Shown: positions 10,520-20,777, counted from the stretch's first letter. The stretch is DNA of 64,000 nucleotides from Nannocystis bainbridge (GCF_028368995.1 NZ_JAQNDL010000003.1:2848001-2912000); one strand, 5' to 3'. The notes: generated by a model not told the origin, from the letters alone. Made by a program: numbers and translations.

Positions 10520-10945
10520 GTGCGCCTGATCCTCAACGTGCTGTGGTTCCTCGTCGCCGGGCTGCCGCTGTTCCTCGGCTACTTCGCCGCCGGTGTGGTC
10601 CTGTGCCTGACGATCATCGGTTTGCCGTTCGGCGTCCAGGCCTTCAAGCTCGCGCTGTTCGCCGCCTGGCCTTTCGGTCGCGTCGTCGTCAGCATCCCGG
10701 GCGACGGCGGCGCCACCTCGGCCGTCGCCAACATCCTCTGGCTCGTCATCGCCGGCTTCTGGCTCGCCGTCGGCCACCTGCTCGCCGGCCTCATCCTCTG
10801 CCTGACGATCATCGGCATCCCGTTCGGCATCGCTTGCATGAAGCTCGCCGGGCTCGCGCTGACGCCGTTCGGCAAGTCCGTCCTCACTGTCGAGGAAGAG
10901 CGCCGGCTGCACCGGCCGCACCGGGTCATCGTTCCGGCCCTTTGA
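10520..10945 (+). CDS. yccF: YccF-domain inner membrane protein
   Basis: Duplicated N(V/I)LW...CLTIIG(L/I)PFG...K..PFG motif. Confidence 0.85.
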   Translation: MRLILNVLWFLVAGLPLFLGYFAAGVVLCLTIIGLPFGVQAFKLALFAAWPFGRVVVSIPGDGGATSAVANILWLVIAGFWLAVGHLLAGLILCLTIIGIPFGIACMKLAGLALTPFGKSVLTVEEERRLHRPHRVIVPAL

Positions 10946-10984
10946 CGCTTGACGGCTTCGGCGAGCCCGGCGAGGCTCGCCGCC

Positions 10985-11632
10985 ATGTCGAACAGTCCCC
11001 GCACGTTCTATTACGGGTCCGGCTCGCCTTACGCGTGGAAGGTCTGGCTGGCGCTCGAGTTCAAGCAACTGCCCTACGAGTTCAAGCTGCTGTCGTTCGA
11101 CAAGGGCGACACGCGGTCCCCCGAGTTCCTGGCCCTCAACCCGCGCGGCAAGGTCCCCGTGCTGGTCGACGAGGGCCACGCCTTCTCCGAGTCGGGGGCG
11201 ATCGTCGAATACCTCGAGGACAGGTACCCCGAGCGGCCCTTGCTCGCGCGCGACCCGGTCACCCGCGCCCGGGCGCGACGGATCTCCCTCGAGGTCGACA
11301 ACTACTTCAACGCCGCCACCCGGCCGCTCGCCCTGATGGTCTTCGGCCGCGAGCAGGCCACCCCCGAGTCGCTGGCCGCCGCGCGTGATGGCGTCGTCGC
11401 CGAGCTGCGACGCTTCTCCGACACCCTCGGCGACCGCGACTACTTCGCCGGCGACCTCGGCCTCGCCGACTTCGCTTTCTACCCGCACTACCGGCTGGTG
11501 CAGCGCTTCGACACCCGCCTGCCCGACCTTCGCCTCGGCGACCTGCTGCCGGCCAACCTGCGCGCCTGGCAGGAGCGCCTGGTCGCCCTGCCCTACCACG
11601 ATCGCACGATCCCGCCGCACTGGAAGGCGTGA
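10985..11632 (+). CDS. Glutathione S-transferase
   Basis: SPYAWKV, LALNPRGKVPVL, ESGAIVEYL and LGLADFAFY motifs. Confidence 0.9.
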   Translation: MSNSPRTFYYGSGSPYAWKVWLALEFKQLPYEFKLLSFDKGDTRSPEFLALNPRGKVPVLVDEGHAFSESGAIVEYLEDRYPERPLLARDPVTRARARRISLEVDNYFNAATRPLALMVFGREQATPESLAAARDGVVAELRRFSDTLGDRDYFAGDLGLADFAFYPHYRLVQRFDTRLPDLRLGDLLPANLRAWQERLVALPYHDRTIPPHWKA

Positions 11633-11754
11633 CAGCGACGCTCCTGGGCTCGATACGTTTCGATGGGCCGCGACGGAATCATCCGTCGCGCGCTTGCGAC
11701 GAGGGCTCGCTCCCCGGTCGCTCGTCCGACGCGACGAGCGCCGTTCGTCGCGCG

Positions 11755-12192
11755 CTACTCGATCTTCTCGCCGTGCGCCCGCACCAGCCGGATCTCCAGC
11801 GGCGCCGGCGCTTTCAAGTCGATCGGCACCGGCTGCTCCGTCTTGAATTGCAGCCGGTCATCGACGTCGCGCAAGCTGGCGCGCACCCCGTATTGAACGT
11901 TCGGCTCGATCTTCGCGCCCTCGATCGTCAGCCGGAAAGGGATCGGCACCCGCGACGCCGTGAACTTGTCGCCCGCGATCGCCCCCAGCCGCGCCTCTGC
12001 GTGACGCATGTCGACCACCTCGACGTGCAGCATCGACCCCGGCGTCACCGCGATGCGCTCGAGGTAGGACGCCTGCCCCTCCAGCGTCACCGAAGATGCC
12101 GGCGAGCTCGTACTGCCGGTCTTGTCGGCGCTCTGGCAAGCGGCCAGCGGCAGGGTCAGGGCGGCGCACACGGACAGGCACATTCGGCGCAT
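11755..12192 (-). CDS. YbaY-family lipoprotein
   Basis: Lipobox LAAC; G.ASYLERIA, VPIPFRL and YGVRASL motifs. Confidence 0.8.
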   Translation of the reverse strand: MRRMCLSVCAALTLPLAACQSADKTGSTSSPASSVTLEGQASYLERIAVTPGSMLHVEVVDMRHAEARLGAIAGDKFTASRVPIPFRLTIEGAKIEPNVQYGVRASLRDVDDRLQFKTEQPVPIDLKAPAPLEIRLVRAHGEKIE

Positions 12193-12711
12193 CGAGCTCT
12201 CCTCGCACACGTTGAATCGAATCGCGCGACATCATGGCCGACCTGCGGAGCCGGCCGGCCTGCTCCGCGTATATGCGCGGCTGTGTGCGACCCGATCGGC
12301 CAATCATCACACCCGCGCTCGCGCCGCGATGACGCGCCCCGCCAATGCGCAGGGACCGCGCGAATCGAGCGGACGAGCGACGAACTCGTCGCCGCGCCGC
12401 GCTCGCCATCCTCGTCCTCATGATCAGCGTCGGCGTGATCGGACCGTCGCCCACCGGCGCCGTGGCCGCTCGCTTGCCCACACTCGACCACGCGGGCACC
12501 CCCGACTGCCCCCGCGCGTGACTGCTCGCGCTCCGGCCCACGCCCCGGTCCGCACACGTCGACGCGAACCATGCGACGCGGCCCGATCGCCATCCCTCCG
12601 CGCTGACCGGCGCGGGCGATCTCGATCGGCGTCGTCTGCTTCACCATCACGGCACCGCCTCGTCGCCTGCCGTTCGACCCTCGCGCACCGGCGATCCGTT
12701 ACGCTCGAGCG

Positions 12712-14586
12712 ATGCACCGCTCCTTGAACGTATTCGGCGACGCGCGCCTCGTCGTCGCCCTCGCCTCGCTCGGCCTGGCCGCCTGCGGCGACGACGGCAC
12801 CGCCACTGATAGCGCCACCAACGCCACGACCTCCGGTCTCACCGCCACCGACGGCACCGCCACCACCACGCCGGACACGCCCACTGGCACCGCCTCGACC
12901 ACGCAGGACGGTTCCGGCTCAATGAGCGACACCGTCAGCCCGACCGAGCCGACCACCACCGATCCGACCGCGACCGGCGTCAGCGAGACCACCGACACCA
13001 GCGGCCCCGTCAGCGCCACCGACACCACCGCGACCACCGGCGAGACCTGTCAGAGCGCCGAGTGTTGCGACATGGGCGAGGTCTTCTGCGGCGAGGTCTG
13101 CTGCAGCGTCGGCGAGGTCTGCAACTTCACCAAGTGTGAGCTGCCCGGCGCCGAATGCAAGGAGACTGCCGATTGTGCGGACGACCAGTACTGTGATTAC
13201 TCGCTCGGCGAGCCTGACGTGAAGCCCCCCGATCCGCTGTGCATGGGCGGCGTCGCCGAGCCGACCGGCAAGTGCCTCACCCAGCCGCCCCTGTGCGGCC
13301 CCAACGATCCGCCGCAAGATCCCAACGACCCCGAGTGCCTGCAGAGCTGCGAATATACGATCGGCGGCGGCGAGTTCAACACCACCCTCAAGTTCGCCTG
13401 GGGCGGCGTCGTCGACCCGCCCTACGACAGCGACATCATGATGACCCCGATCGTCGTCCAGCTCGACGACGACGACTGCGACGGCAAGATCAGCGAGCGC
13501 GACATCCCCGAGATCGTGTTCTCCACCTTCGTCAGCGGCCAGTACCCCACCAACGGCTCGCTGCACGCCATCTCGATCGAGGAGGGCGTCGTCGTCGAAA
13601 AGTGGAACGTGCTCGCCGGCGCCATCAACCCGACCAAGCAGCTCGCCGGCGGCAACTTCGACGGTCAGCCCGGCAACGAGGTCGTCGCCTGCGGCAGGAA
13701 CGGCGAGGTGTTCGCCGTCAAGGGCGAGGACGGCACGCCGCTGTGGACCGTCAATCAGACCTGCTTCATGCCGGCGATCGCCGACCTCGAGGGTGACGGC
13801 AGCGTCGAGGTCATCGTCGAGGGCGCGATCCTCGACGGCGCCACCGGGGCGGTCAAGGCCACCTTCGACCCGCCGCTCAACAGCTCCTTCATCGTCAGCG
13901 ACCTCGACGACGACGGCATCCTCGACATCATCACCTCGAGCCGCGGTTACCACGCCGACGGCAGCATGTTCGTCGACACCCAGCTGGCCGCGACCGGCCA
14001 GTTTTATGCCACCCAGGACTGGAAGAGCCCGTGGCCGGCCATCGCCGACTTCGACGCTGACGGCGTGCCCGAGGTCGTCGTCATCGACAACCTCGCCCAC
14101 GCCCTCTCGGTCTGGCGCCACGACCCGAACGCCCCCGCCGGGTTCGTCGTCGTGCGCGGCCCCGTCGACATCAACGGCAGCCTCAACCCCACCCTGTGCC
14201 CGCAGGGCTCGTGGGGCCGCACCCACGGCGGCGGCCCGCCGACCGTCGCCGACTTCGACGGCGACGGCGTCCCCGACGTCGGCACCGCCGGCGGCATCGG
14301 CTACGCCGTGTTCAGCGGCGCCGCGCTCGTCGACCCCGCCGTGGCCGGCCCGGACACCCTGCTGTGGATCAAGCAGACCGCCGATTGTTCGTCGGCCTCG
14401 ACCGGCAGCTCGGTGTTCGACTTCGACGGCGACGGCAAGGCCGAGGTCGTCTACTCCGACCAGAACCGCCTGCGGATCTACGAGGGCCCGACCGGCGACG
14501 TCCTGCTCGAGCGCTGCAACACCACCGCGACCCTGATCGAGTACCCCGTGATCGCCGACGTCGACAATGACGGCTACATGGTCTAA
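12712..14586 (+). CDS. FG-GAP/VCBS-repeat lipoprotein, 5' part, interrupted by the island
   Basis: Lipobox LAAC, Thr-rich linker, Cys-rich region and repeated AD(F/L)DGDG motifs; ends abruptly as ...IEYPVIADVDNDG-YMV*, with the last three codons supplied by lower-GC island DNA. Confidence 0.9.
   Translation: MHRSLNVFGDARLVVALASLGLAACGDDGTATDSATNATTSGLTATDGTATTTPDTPTGTASTTQDGSGSMSDTVSPTEPTTTDPTATGVSETTDTSGPVSATDTTATTGETCQSAECCDMGEVFCGEVCCSVGEVCNFTKCELPGAECKETADCADDQYCDYSLGEPDVKPPDPLCMGGVAEPTGKCLTQPPLCGPNDPPQDPNDPECLQSCEYTIGGGEFNTTLKFAWGGVVDPPYDSDIMMTPIVVQLDDDDCDGKISERDIPEIVFSTFVSGQYPTNGSLHAISIEEGVVVEKWNVLAGAINPTKQLAGGNFDGQPGNEVVACGRNGEVFAVKGEDGTPLWTVNQTCFMPAIADLEGDGSVEVIVEGAILDGATGAVKATFDPPLNSSFIVSDLDDDGILDIITSSRGYHADGSMFVDTQLAATGQFYATQDWKSPWPAIADFDADGVPEVVVIDNLAHALSVWRHDPNAPAGFVVVRGPVDINGSLNPTLCPQGSWGRTHGGGPPTVADFDGDGVPDVGTAGGIGYAVFSGAALVDPAVAGPDTLLWIKQTADCSSASTGSSVFDFDGDGKAEVVYSDQNRLRIYEGPTGDVLLERCNTTATLIEYPVIADVDNDGYMV
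14554..14574 (+). other. attL of the integrative island
   Basis: GCCGACG-TCGACAA-TGACGGC; 19/21 identical to 53926-53946, and the two mismatches bracket a 7-bp core flanked by imperfect inverted repeats. Confidence 0.85.
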
Positions 14587-14654
14587 AATAGCTATTAGTG
14601 CTCGAATTCGAGATATTGTGTACTTTCGGACATGCTCCAGCGCGACCTTGATCT

Positions 14655-14672
14655 GGGTCGTTTTTGGTTCGA
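14655..14672 (+). promoter_or_regulatory. Putative integrase arm-type binding sites (left)
   Basis: GGGTCGTTTTTGGTTCGA matches GGGTCGAAATTGGTTCAA at 53833-53850. Confidence 0.5.
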
Positions 14673-14696
14673 TATCGGTGGGGGACGGAAATCGAG

Positions 14697-15950
14697 ATGC
14701 TCACGAATGCTCAGACACGAGAGGCGAAGTCGCGCGCGATCCGATATGAGATCACCTGTGATGCACTGCCAGGATTCATCCTGCGGGTGCTCCCCACTGG
14801 CAAGAAGGTGTTTTTCGCCAGGTACCGTGATGCTGGCGGAAAGGACAGGCGGGTAAGGCTTGGACTGATGCGGCCGGGGTTCGGTGCTGAGGAAGCGCGC
14901 CGAGAAGCGATGATCATCCTCGCGCGACGTGACGCGCCGGAGAGCGTCGACGCGCCCGCTACGCCAAGCACCCCGATCGAAGACGCGCCCTCGCTCGGAT
15001 CGAAGTCGCCCACGCTCGCCGAGTTCGCCTTGCGCTTTGAACAGGAACATATCGACATGCGCTTAAAGCCAGAAACGGCCTGGCACTACAAGTCGTCGCT
15101 CAAGAAATACATCCTCCCCAAGCTCGGCCACCGACGGCTGGACGACATCACCACCGGTGACGTGAACAAGCTCCATACCAGCATGAAGCCGACACCGTGC
15201 GCGGCGAACTACATGCGCTGCGTGCTGAACGCGTTGTTCAACAAGGCGGCCAAGTGGGGAGTGACCAAACAGCGCAATCCGGTCGCAGATGTCGAGCGCT
15301 TCGACGAGCGGTCCGTCGAGCGCTTCCTGTTGCCCGAGGAGCGCGAGGCGCTCGAGCGCGTGCTGGCGACGGCCGAGCGCACGCCGCCCGGCAGACACGG
15401 ACACATCGGACGCGAGGCGATCGCCGCGGTGCGGCTACTCGCGCTCACCGGCATGCGTCGCGATGAGGTCCGGGACCTCCGGTGGGAGCAGGTGGACTGG
15501 CGTCAGAAGATGCTCCGGCTCCCGGACTCGAAGACCGGCAAGCGCGACGTGGTGGTGTCGGACGAGGTCATGGAGCTGCTTGGGCGGATCGCCCAGGCCA
15601 AGGGCAACCCGCGGCGCGGGCTCGTCATTTGCTCACGCAACGGCAAGAAGCTCAAGAGCCTCCAGTCGACGTGGCTCAAGGTCCGCAAGCTGGCCGGTCT
15701 CGAGGATGTGCGCCTGCACGACCTCCGGCACTCGTTCGCCAGCGACGCGATCATGGACGGCACGCCGCTCGAGGTCGTCGGTAAGATGCTCGGCCACCGC
15801 AACTACCGCACGACGCAGCGCTACGCCCACATCGCCGACAAGGCGCTGCGCGAGGCGGTGAACCGGACGAGCAAGACGATCGCCCGCGCGGCGAGGGGCA
15901 AGGCGAAGGCCACCAAGCGGCCCGGCCCGGCCTCCCAGAAGCGGCGATAG
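14697..15950 (+). CDS. Tyrosine recombinase/integrase with N-terminal arm-DNA-binding domain
   Basis: D..LPGF.LRV.PTG.K.F..RYR N-terminal domain; catalytic motifs GMRRDE, SKTG, HDLRHSFAS and LGHRNYRTTQRYAH. Confidence 0.95.
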   Translation: MLTNAQTREAKSRAIRYEITCDALPGFILRVLPTGKKVFFARYRDAGGKDRRVRLGLMRPGFGAEEARREAMIILARRDAPESVDAPATPSTPIEDAPSLGSKSPTLAEFALRFEQEHIDMRLKPETAWHYKSSLKKYILPKLGHRRLDDITTGDVNKLHTSMKPTPCAANYMRCVLNALFNKAAKWGVTKQRNPVADVERFDERSVERFLLPEEREALERVLATAERTPPGRHGHIGREAIAAVRLLALTGMRRDEVRDLRWEQVDWRQKMLRLPDSKTGKRDVVVSDEVMELLGRIAQAKGNPRRGLVICSRNGKKLKSLQSTWLKVRKLAGLEDVRLHDLRHSFASDAIMDGTPLEVVGKMLGHRNYRTTQRYAHIADKALREAVNRTSKTIARAARGKAKATKRPGPASQKRR

Positions 15951-16167
15951 TGCCCGGCCGGTGCGGTGGGGCGGGTCTCCGTGTGCTGCGCGCGGCCAAG
16001 GGAACGCGCCTGACCAACTCGTCCGTAGCCCATACGGGTCCGCCAGGTATTTGAGTAGGCATCCAAGCGCATCGTCGACCCAGGGGCCCGTCGTCTTGGC
16101 GCTGCCGGCACGGGCCGCGCGGGCCGGAGCGCCTTCGATGCGTGGGGTCCGTGGCGGTGATCGGCAG

Positions 16168-17109
16168 TTACGATCGGTCGCGCGCTTGCACGACGAGGGC
16201 GGCAGCGCCAGCACCCGCAGCAAAGCACGAGATACCGAACAGGATTTTGCGGCCGAGGCTCCAGTCCTTCCGGGCGGTGAGCTCGGCAAGCTCGGCCCGA
16301 TCGCGCATGTGAAGCTGCACGAGCTCCTGGTTCTCTTGTGCTAGCCGGTCCAGCTCGGACTGATCTTCCGCGCGGAGGCGCTCGAGCGACGTGTTCGAGC
16401 CACGGAGCCTGGCGAGCTCAGCGGCGTCGTCCGCGATCCGCTTCTCCAACGCGACATTATGTTCGTGGAGCTCTGTGATACGCGCGGTCAACTCCGCCAC
16501 CGCGGCCTTGACCTCTACGTTCGCCGCGCGCTCCGCGTCGGCCGCCGACTTCGCGGACGACGGGTTCGGGACGGCTCGAAGGTGCCGCACCTTCGCCTCC
16601 TGCTTCATGGCCTCCACGTCCTCAAGCCCGACTGCGATGGCCTCTTCAACGTCCTCGTCCATGAATTTGACGAACAAAAATTCTTGCTCGGCGCCCAGCG
16701 CGACCACGAGGCGGTCGAAGGTGGCGAGCGTGGGGTTCGGCTCGGGATCGTTGAGCAGGCTGCTGAGCTGAGAGCGGTTAATCCCGGAGACCTTGGCGAG
16801 CGCTGACACCGTCTGGATCTGCTCGCGCTCGATGATCTCCTTGAGCCGCCCGATGATCGCCGTCGGCTCGTTGAGCTCGAGGCCGTGGAAGCGGGCGCCG
16901 GCTTTTTGGACGAGCTCAAGGTAGAGCGCCAACTTCGGGTTTGGTTCAGGTTGGTCGAACAACGCGAGCACGTGCGCGGAGCTGTGCTCTGAGCGCTCCG
17001 CGAGCTCTTGTTTCGTCATGCCTGACCGCCGTAGCCATGCCTCCAATTCCCCGAACCAGCGACGCGTACCCATGGTAACCCATCGTAGGGTAGGCAGTGT
17101 GGCGGTCAA
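16168..17109 (-). CDS. Tandem XRE-like HTH protein with coiled coil and C-terminal TM helix
   Basis: Two homologous HTH blocks (ELAERS...PEPNPKL and ALAKVSGINRSQLS...PEPNPTL), a heptad-rich region and ILFGISCFAAGAGAAALVV. Confidence 0.75.
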   Translation of the reverse strand: MTATLPTLRWVTMGTRRWFGELEAWLRRSGMTKQELAERSEHSSAHVLALFDQPEPNPKLALYLELVQKAGARFHGLELNEPTAIIGRLKEIIEREQIQTVSALAKVSGINRSQLSSLLNDPEPNPTLATFDRLVVALGAEQEFLFVKFMDEDVEEAIAVGLEDVEAMKQEAKVRHLRAVPNPSSAKSAADAERAANVEVKAAVAELTARITELHEHNVALEKRIADDAAELARLRGSNTSLERLRAEDQSELDRLAQENQELVQLHMRDRAELAELTARKDWSLGRKILFGISCFAAGAGAAALVVQARDRS

Positions 17110-17113
17110 GGGT

Positions 17114-17320
17114 CATGTTGCTCCGCGCGATCCAACACCATTGCCCCAGCCTGCGCGCGGAATATTGCTCGCGGCGAGTCGTTGTCGCTCGGCGCGATCG
17201 TGGGGCCGTGGGTGTTGCTCCCGGCGAGGCGGTGTCGCTCCGCGCTGCCGGTGTTGCTCCGCCGCGAGCCCGCGGCCGTTGGTGTTGCTGCTGGCGAGAC
17301 GTTGTCGCTCAGCGCGATCG
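17114..17320. repeat. Cluster of dispersed GGTGTTGCTC(C)CGGCGAG-type repeats
   Basis: Copies near 17115, 17163, 17211, 17250 and 17281. Confidence 0.75.
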
Positions 17321-17369
17321 CGGCCCCGGGACGATCAACGGCTCCGCCGCCGACCGCCTCGCGCTCGCG

Positions 17370-17735
17370 GCGAGCAACAGGTCGAGCGTCGACCAACTGC
17401 TCCGCGTTGTTGACCGCCGCGCTCGCGGGCGAGCAACAGGTCGAGCGTCGACCAACTGCTCCGCGTTGTTGACCGCCGCGCTCGCGGGCGAGCAACAGGT
17501 CGAGCGTCGACCAACTGCTCCGCGTTGTTGACCGCCGCGCTCGCGGGCGAGCAACAGGTCGAGCGTCGACCAACTGCTCCGCGTTGTTGACCGCCGCGCT
17601 CGCGGGCGAGCAACAGGTCGAGCGTCGACCAACTGCTCCGCGTTGTTGACCGCCGCGCTCGCGGGCGAGCAACAGGTCGAGCGTCGACCAACTGCTCCGC
17701 GTTGTTGACCGCCGCGCTCGCGGGCGAGCAACAGG
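17370..17735. repeat. Perfect 59-bp tandem repeat, about 6.2 copies
   Basis: GAGCAACAGG recurs at 17372, 17431, 17490, 17549, 17608, 17667 and 17726; the units are identical and have no spacers. Confidence 0.95.
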
Positions 17736-17838
17736 CCGCGCGTCGACCAACAGCTCTCCGCCGCCGATCGCCCTGCACTCGCGGGGAGCAACAAATCGCG
17801 CGTCGCGCCCCAGCTCCGCGCCGCCGACCGCCGGCCGC

Positions 17839-18048
17839 ACCAACCTCGCCCTCGGCGGCTTCATCCTCGGCGGCTTCTCGCTCGGCATCACCGCCTTCGG
17901 CGCCCTGCTCGCCCCGCTCATCATGTTGGCCGGCATCACGCTCGGCGTCGTCGGGGCCGCCACCCTCTTCCTCGCCGCCGCCCGCCTCGGCCAGGGCCGC
18001 AAGCGGGCCCGCACCGTCGCGGCGAACAACAGGCCGCGCGTCGACTAA
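17839..18048 (+). pseudogene. Orphan 3' gene fragment encoding a hydrophobic hairpin
   Basis: NLALGGFILGGFSLGITAFGALLAPLIMLAGITLGVVGAATLFLAAARLGQGRKR in gene-like codons, with no in-frame start between the upstream stop (17647) and the fragment. Confidence 0.45.
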
Positions 18049-18277
18049 CCGCTCCGCCGCCGACCGCTGCGCCGCCGACCGCCCCGCGCTCGCGGCGAAG
18101 CAACAGGCCGCGCGTCGCTGCGGCAGGCCACCGCGGCCCGCGAGGCCCTGTCCCGCGGGACATTGCCGCGAGTTCGCGCCGATTGCGACGAAGGACATGT
18201 GCCTCATGTCCTTCGCGCAATTCATGGGAGCGACCGCGGGGCGGACCGGCGGCGGTCCGCCCGCGGAGGCGCGCGGC

Positions 18278-18934
18278 TCAGGGCAGCGCGCCGTCGGCGA
18301 TCCACTGCTCGAGCAGCTCGATCGTCGCGCCGTCGAGCGGGGACCCGCCCAACGGCATCTGCGCCGGGTTGCCGTTGAAGGGCGCCTCGCCGGAGGTCCC
18401 GTTGACCTTGGCCAGGAAGTACGAGGCGTTGGGGTCGCCCGCGGTGACGCGATCGAAGCCGGCGGCCTGGGTCGAGGCGACGCCGATGATGTTGGCGTAG
18501 GAGTCCTGTGCGTTGGTGAACGTCAGCCCGCCGGAGCCCTGCTGGTGGCAGCCGCAATTGCCCTCGACGACCTGCGGGTACACGTCGGTCTCCCAGCTCA
18601 GCCCCGCCCCGGTGGTGGTCGTGGTGGTGTCGGGCTCGGTGGTCGTGTCCGGATCGGTGGTCGTGTCCGGCTCGGTGGTCGTGTCCGGCCCGGTCGTCGT
18701 CGTCGTGCCCGGCGTCGTGTCGTCGGTCGTCGACACGGTGGTGGTCGGCGTGACGGTCGTCGTGTCGTCGGTCGTCGTGTCGGTGCCATCGGTCGCCGTC
18801 GTGTCGACGGTAGTGGGCATCTCGGGCCCCGAAGTCGTCTCGGTTGCGTTCGCTGTTCCGTCATCAAAGTCCGGAGGATTGAAAAAACATCCCGCGACGA
18901 CCCAGGACATCACAGTCAGCGTTATCGGACGCAT
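18278..18934 (-). CDS. Lipoprotein with Thr-rich linker and cytochrome-c-like C-terminal domain
   Basis: Lipobox VAGC; SWETDVYP...NCGCH...MPLGGSPL...WIADGA. Confidence 0.75.
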   Translation of the reverse strand: MRPITLTVMSWVVAGCFFNPPDFDDGTANATETTSGPEMPTTVDTTATDGTDTTTDDTTTVTPTTTVSTTDDTTPGTTTTTGPDTTTEPDTTTDPDTTTEPDTTTTTTGAGLSWETDVYPQVVEGNCGCHQQGSGGLTFTNAQDSYANIIGVASTQAAGFDRVTAGDPNASYFLAKVNGTSGEAPFNGNPAQMPLGGSPLDGATIELLEQWIADGALP

Positions 18935-19419
18935 TGCTAATTACCATTCCCCAGCAGACGGTTCATGAGACCAGCGCCATCAAACCGAGGACTCTCGCAA
19001 CGAGGCAGGCGAGGTTTATGACGATCAATACTCGTTTCAGCTCCGCCGTCCACTGAGCTCCGGTCGCAAATCGAGGGTTGTGTCGTGCGGCGGAGGCAGA
19101 GCCGAGACAGGCGAACTGGCGGGCACGAAGGCGGCCGAACGCAAGACCGCGTTGCGGTCCTCCTGCGGCGACTTCGGTGAGCGTGGCCCGGAGCGAGATG
19201 CGAACGTATCGGTCACCGGTAGCCGCACGAGAATACACGCGGACAAGGGCCTATGTCCATCGATTATGCCCGCGAATGCGCGGACCCGAGCGCCTTCCGG
19301 CAACACAAGGGCGGCAAGATGTCCCCGGCCTCCGGACTGTGGCGGACCTTGCGCGGTGCGAGCGCGCGTCCCGCGAGGCGCGCGAGCCTGCTCCAACAGA
19401 ACCCGGGCCGGCGGTGAGC

Positions 19420-19975
19420 GCGAGGGTGTTGCTCCCAGCGAGCCGCCGCGAGCGCGCGACCGTCGGTGTTCCTCCCGGCGAGGCGTTGTCGCTCGGCACC
19501 GCCGAGTCGCTGAGCTGCGAGCGCGCGGTCGTCGCTGTTGCTCTTGGCAGGACATTGTCGCTCGGCGCGATGTAGTGCCGTCGGTGTTGCTCCCGGCGAG
19601 CCGCTGCACTCATCATCGTTCTCGTCGTTCTTGTCCTGTGGAGCTTGCTCCGCCGGGCTCCGACCCAGAGCGCCACTCGCGCTCACGCCTGGCCGCCATC
19701 GCCGAAGCCCGCGCACAGCCATCTGGTCGTGCGCGGGCTTGAAGTTGTGCTGCTTAATCATGATGAGCGACAGCGCCAGGAGCAACACCGACGGCCGCGC
19801 GATCATGCCGAGCGTTGGGAGAGGCACCGGCGGCCGCGGTCGTGCTGAGCGACAGCGATTCGCCGGGAGAACACCGCGGCGGCGAGGATCACGGTGAGCG
19901 ACAACGGCTGACCGGAGCGACGGCCGCGCGCTCGCGGCGGAGCGACAGCGGCTCGCCGCAAGCAACACCGATGGC
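19420..19975. repeat. Cluster of TGTTGCTC-core repeats in both orientations
   Basis: Forward copies near 19426, 19465, 19535 and 19583; reverse copies near 19780 and 19960. Confidence 0.7.
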
Positions 19976-20054
19976 ACCGCCTCGTGCAAGACGACACACC
20001 ACGCTCGCGGAGCGGCGGCCGCGCGGGCAGGCCCCATCTCGAATCAGCGCCGAA

Positions 20055-20777
20055 CTAAAATGCGACGCGCAGGGTGACGCCGCCGCCGCCACGCAGCGGC
20101 GTGAAGCCAGGGACGACGCGACTCTGGTTCCCCAAAGACTGCTGATACAGCCACTTATAGTACTCGAGGCGACGCTTCTTGCCCTTGACCATGAGCGGCG
20201 CGCCCACGGCGATCGTGACGCCGCCGCTGATCAAGAGGCCGATGCTGGTCGCGCGGAACACGTCGTCCTGGGACAGCGCGGCGACGATTCCGAAACCCAC
20301 GCCGAGCACCGCCTGAGTGAGGCCAAGTGACAGGACGATGGACCCGGCCGTGTGCATCTTCTTGCCCTTGGGTTTCGTGTAGGCGGCGCCGAACTCCGTC
20401 TCGAGCGCCGCCACGCGCGCGGCGTCTTTGGCCTCGAGCGTCAGAGGTGCGGGTGGCGGTGGTGCCGGCGGGGCCTCGACCTGCCGAAGCTTGACAGCGT
20501 CGGCGATGGCGAGGGCGCGCACCTGGCCGGACCTCTCGACGATTGTGGCTCTCGAGTCGTCTGAGCCGGCGAGTCGCCCTCGAACTGCCCCGCCATCACG
20601 CAGCGTTACTTCGACCCAAGCGTCCTTCAACGCGCGCCACGAGTTCGGCGGAATCGCAGGCACCGGTGCCGGGCTCTCCTCGCGCGATACAGTCGGCTTG
20701 GCCTTGGGCGGGCGCTTCGCCGCAGCGGGAGCTGCGACGAGCGAGAGACTGAGCAGGGCGAGAACAGCCGGACGCAC
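20055..20777 (-). CDS. Secreted protein with C-terminal hydrophobic hairpin and terminal Phe
   Basis: Signal peptide (APAAA-K), small beta domain (VEVTLRDGGAVRGRL), two hydrophobic helices, ends GGGVTLRVAF. Confidence 0.75.
   Translation of the reverse strand: MRPAVLALLSLSLVAAPAAAKRPPKAKPTVSREESPAPVPAIPPNSWRALKDAWVEVTLRDGGAVRGRLAGSDDSRATIVERSGQVRALAIADAVKLRQVEAPPAPPPPAPLTLEAKDAARVAALETEFGAAYTKPKGKKMHTAGSIVLSLGLTQAVLGVGFGIVAALSQDDVFRATSIGLLISGGVTIAVGAPLMVKGKKRRLEYYKWLYQQSLGNQSRVVPGFTPLRGGGGVTLRVAF

Noticed and set aside
17370-17735. CRISPR array
   Set aside because: The 59-bp units are fully identical with no unique spacers, and there are no cas genes in the window
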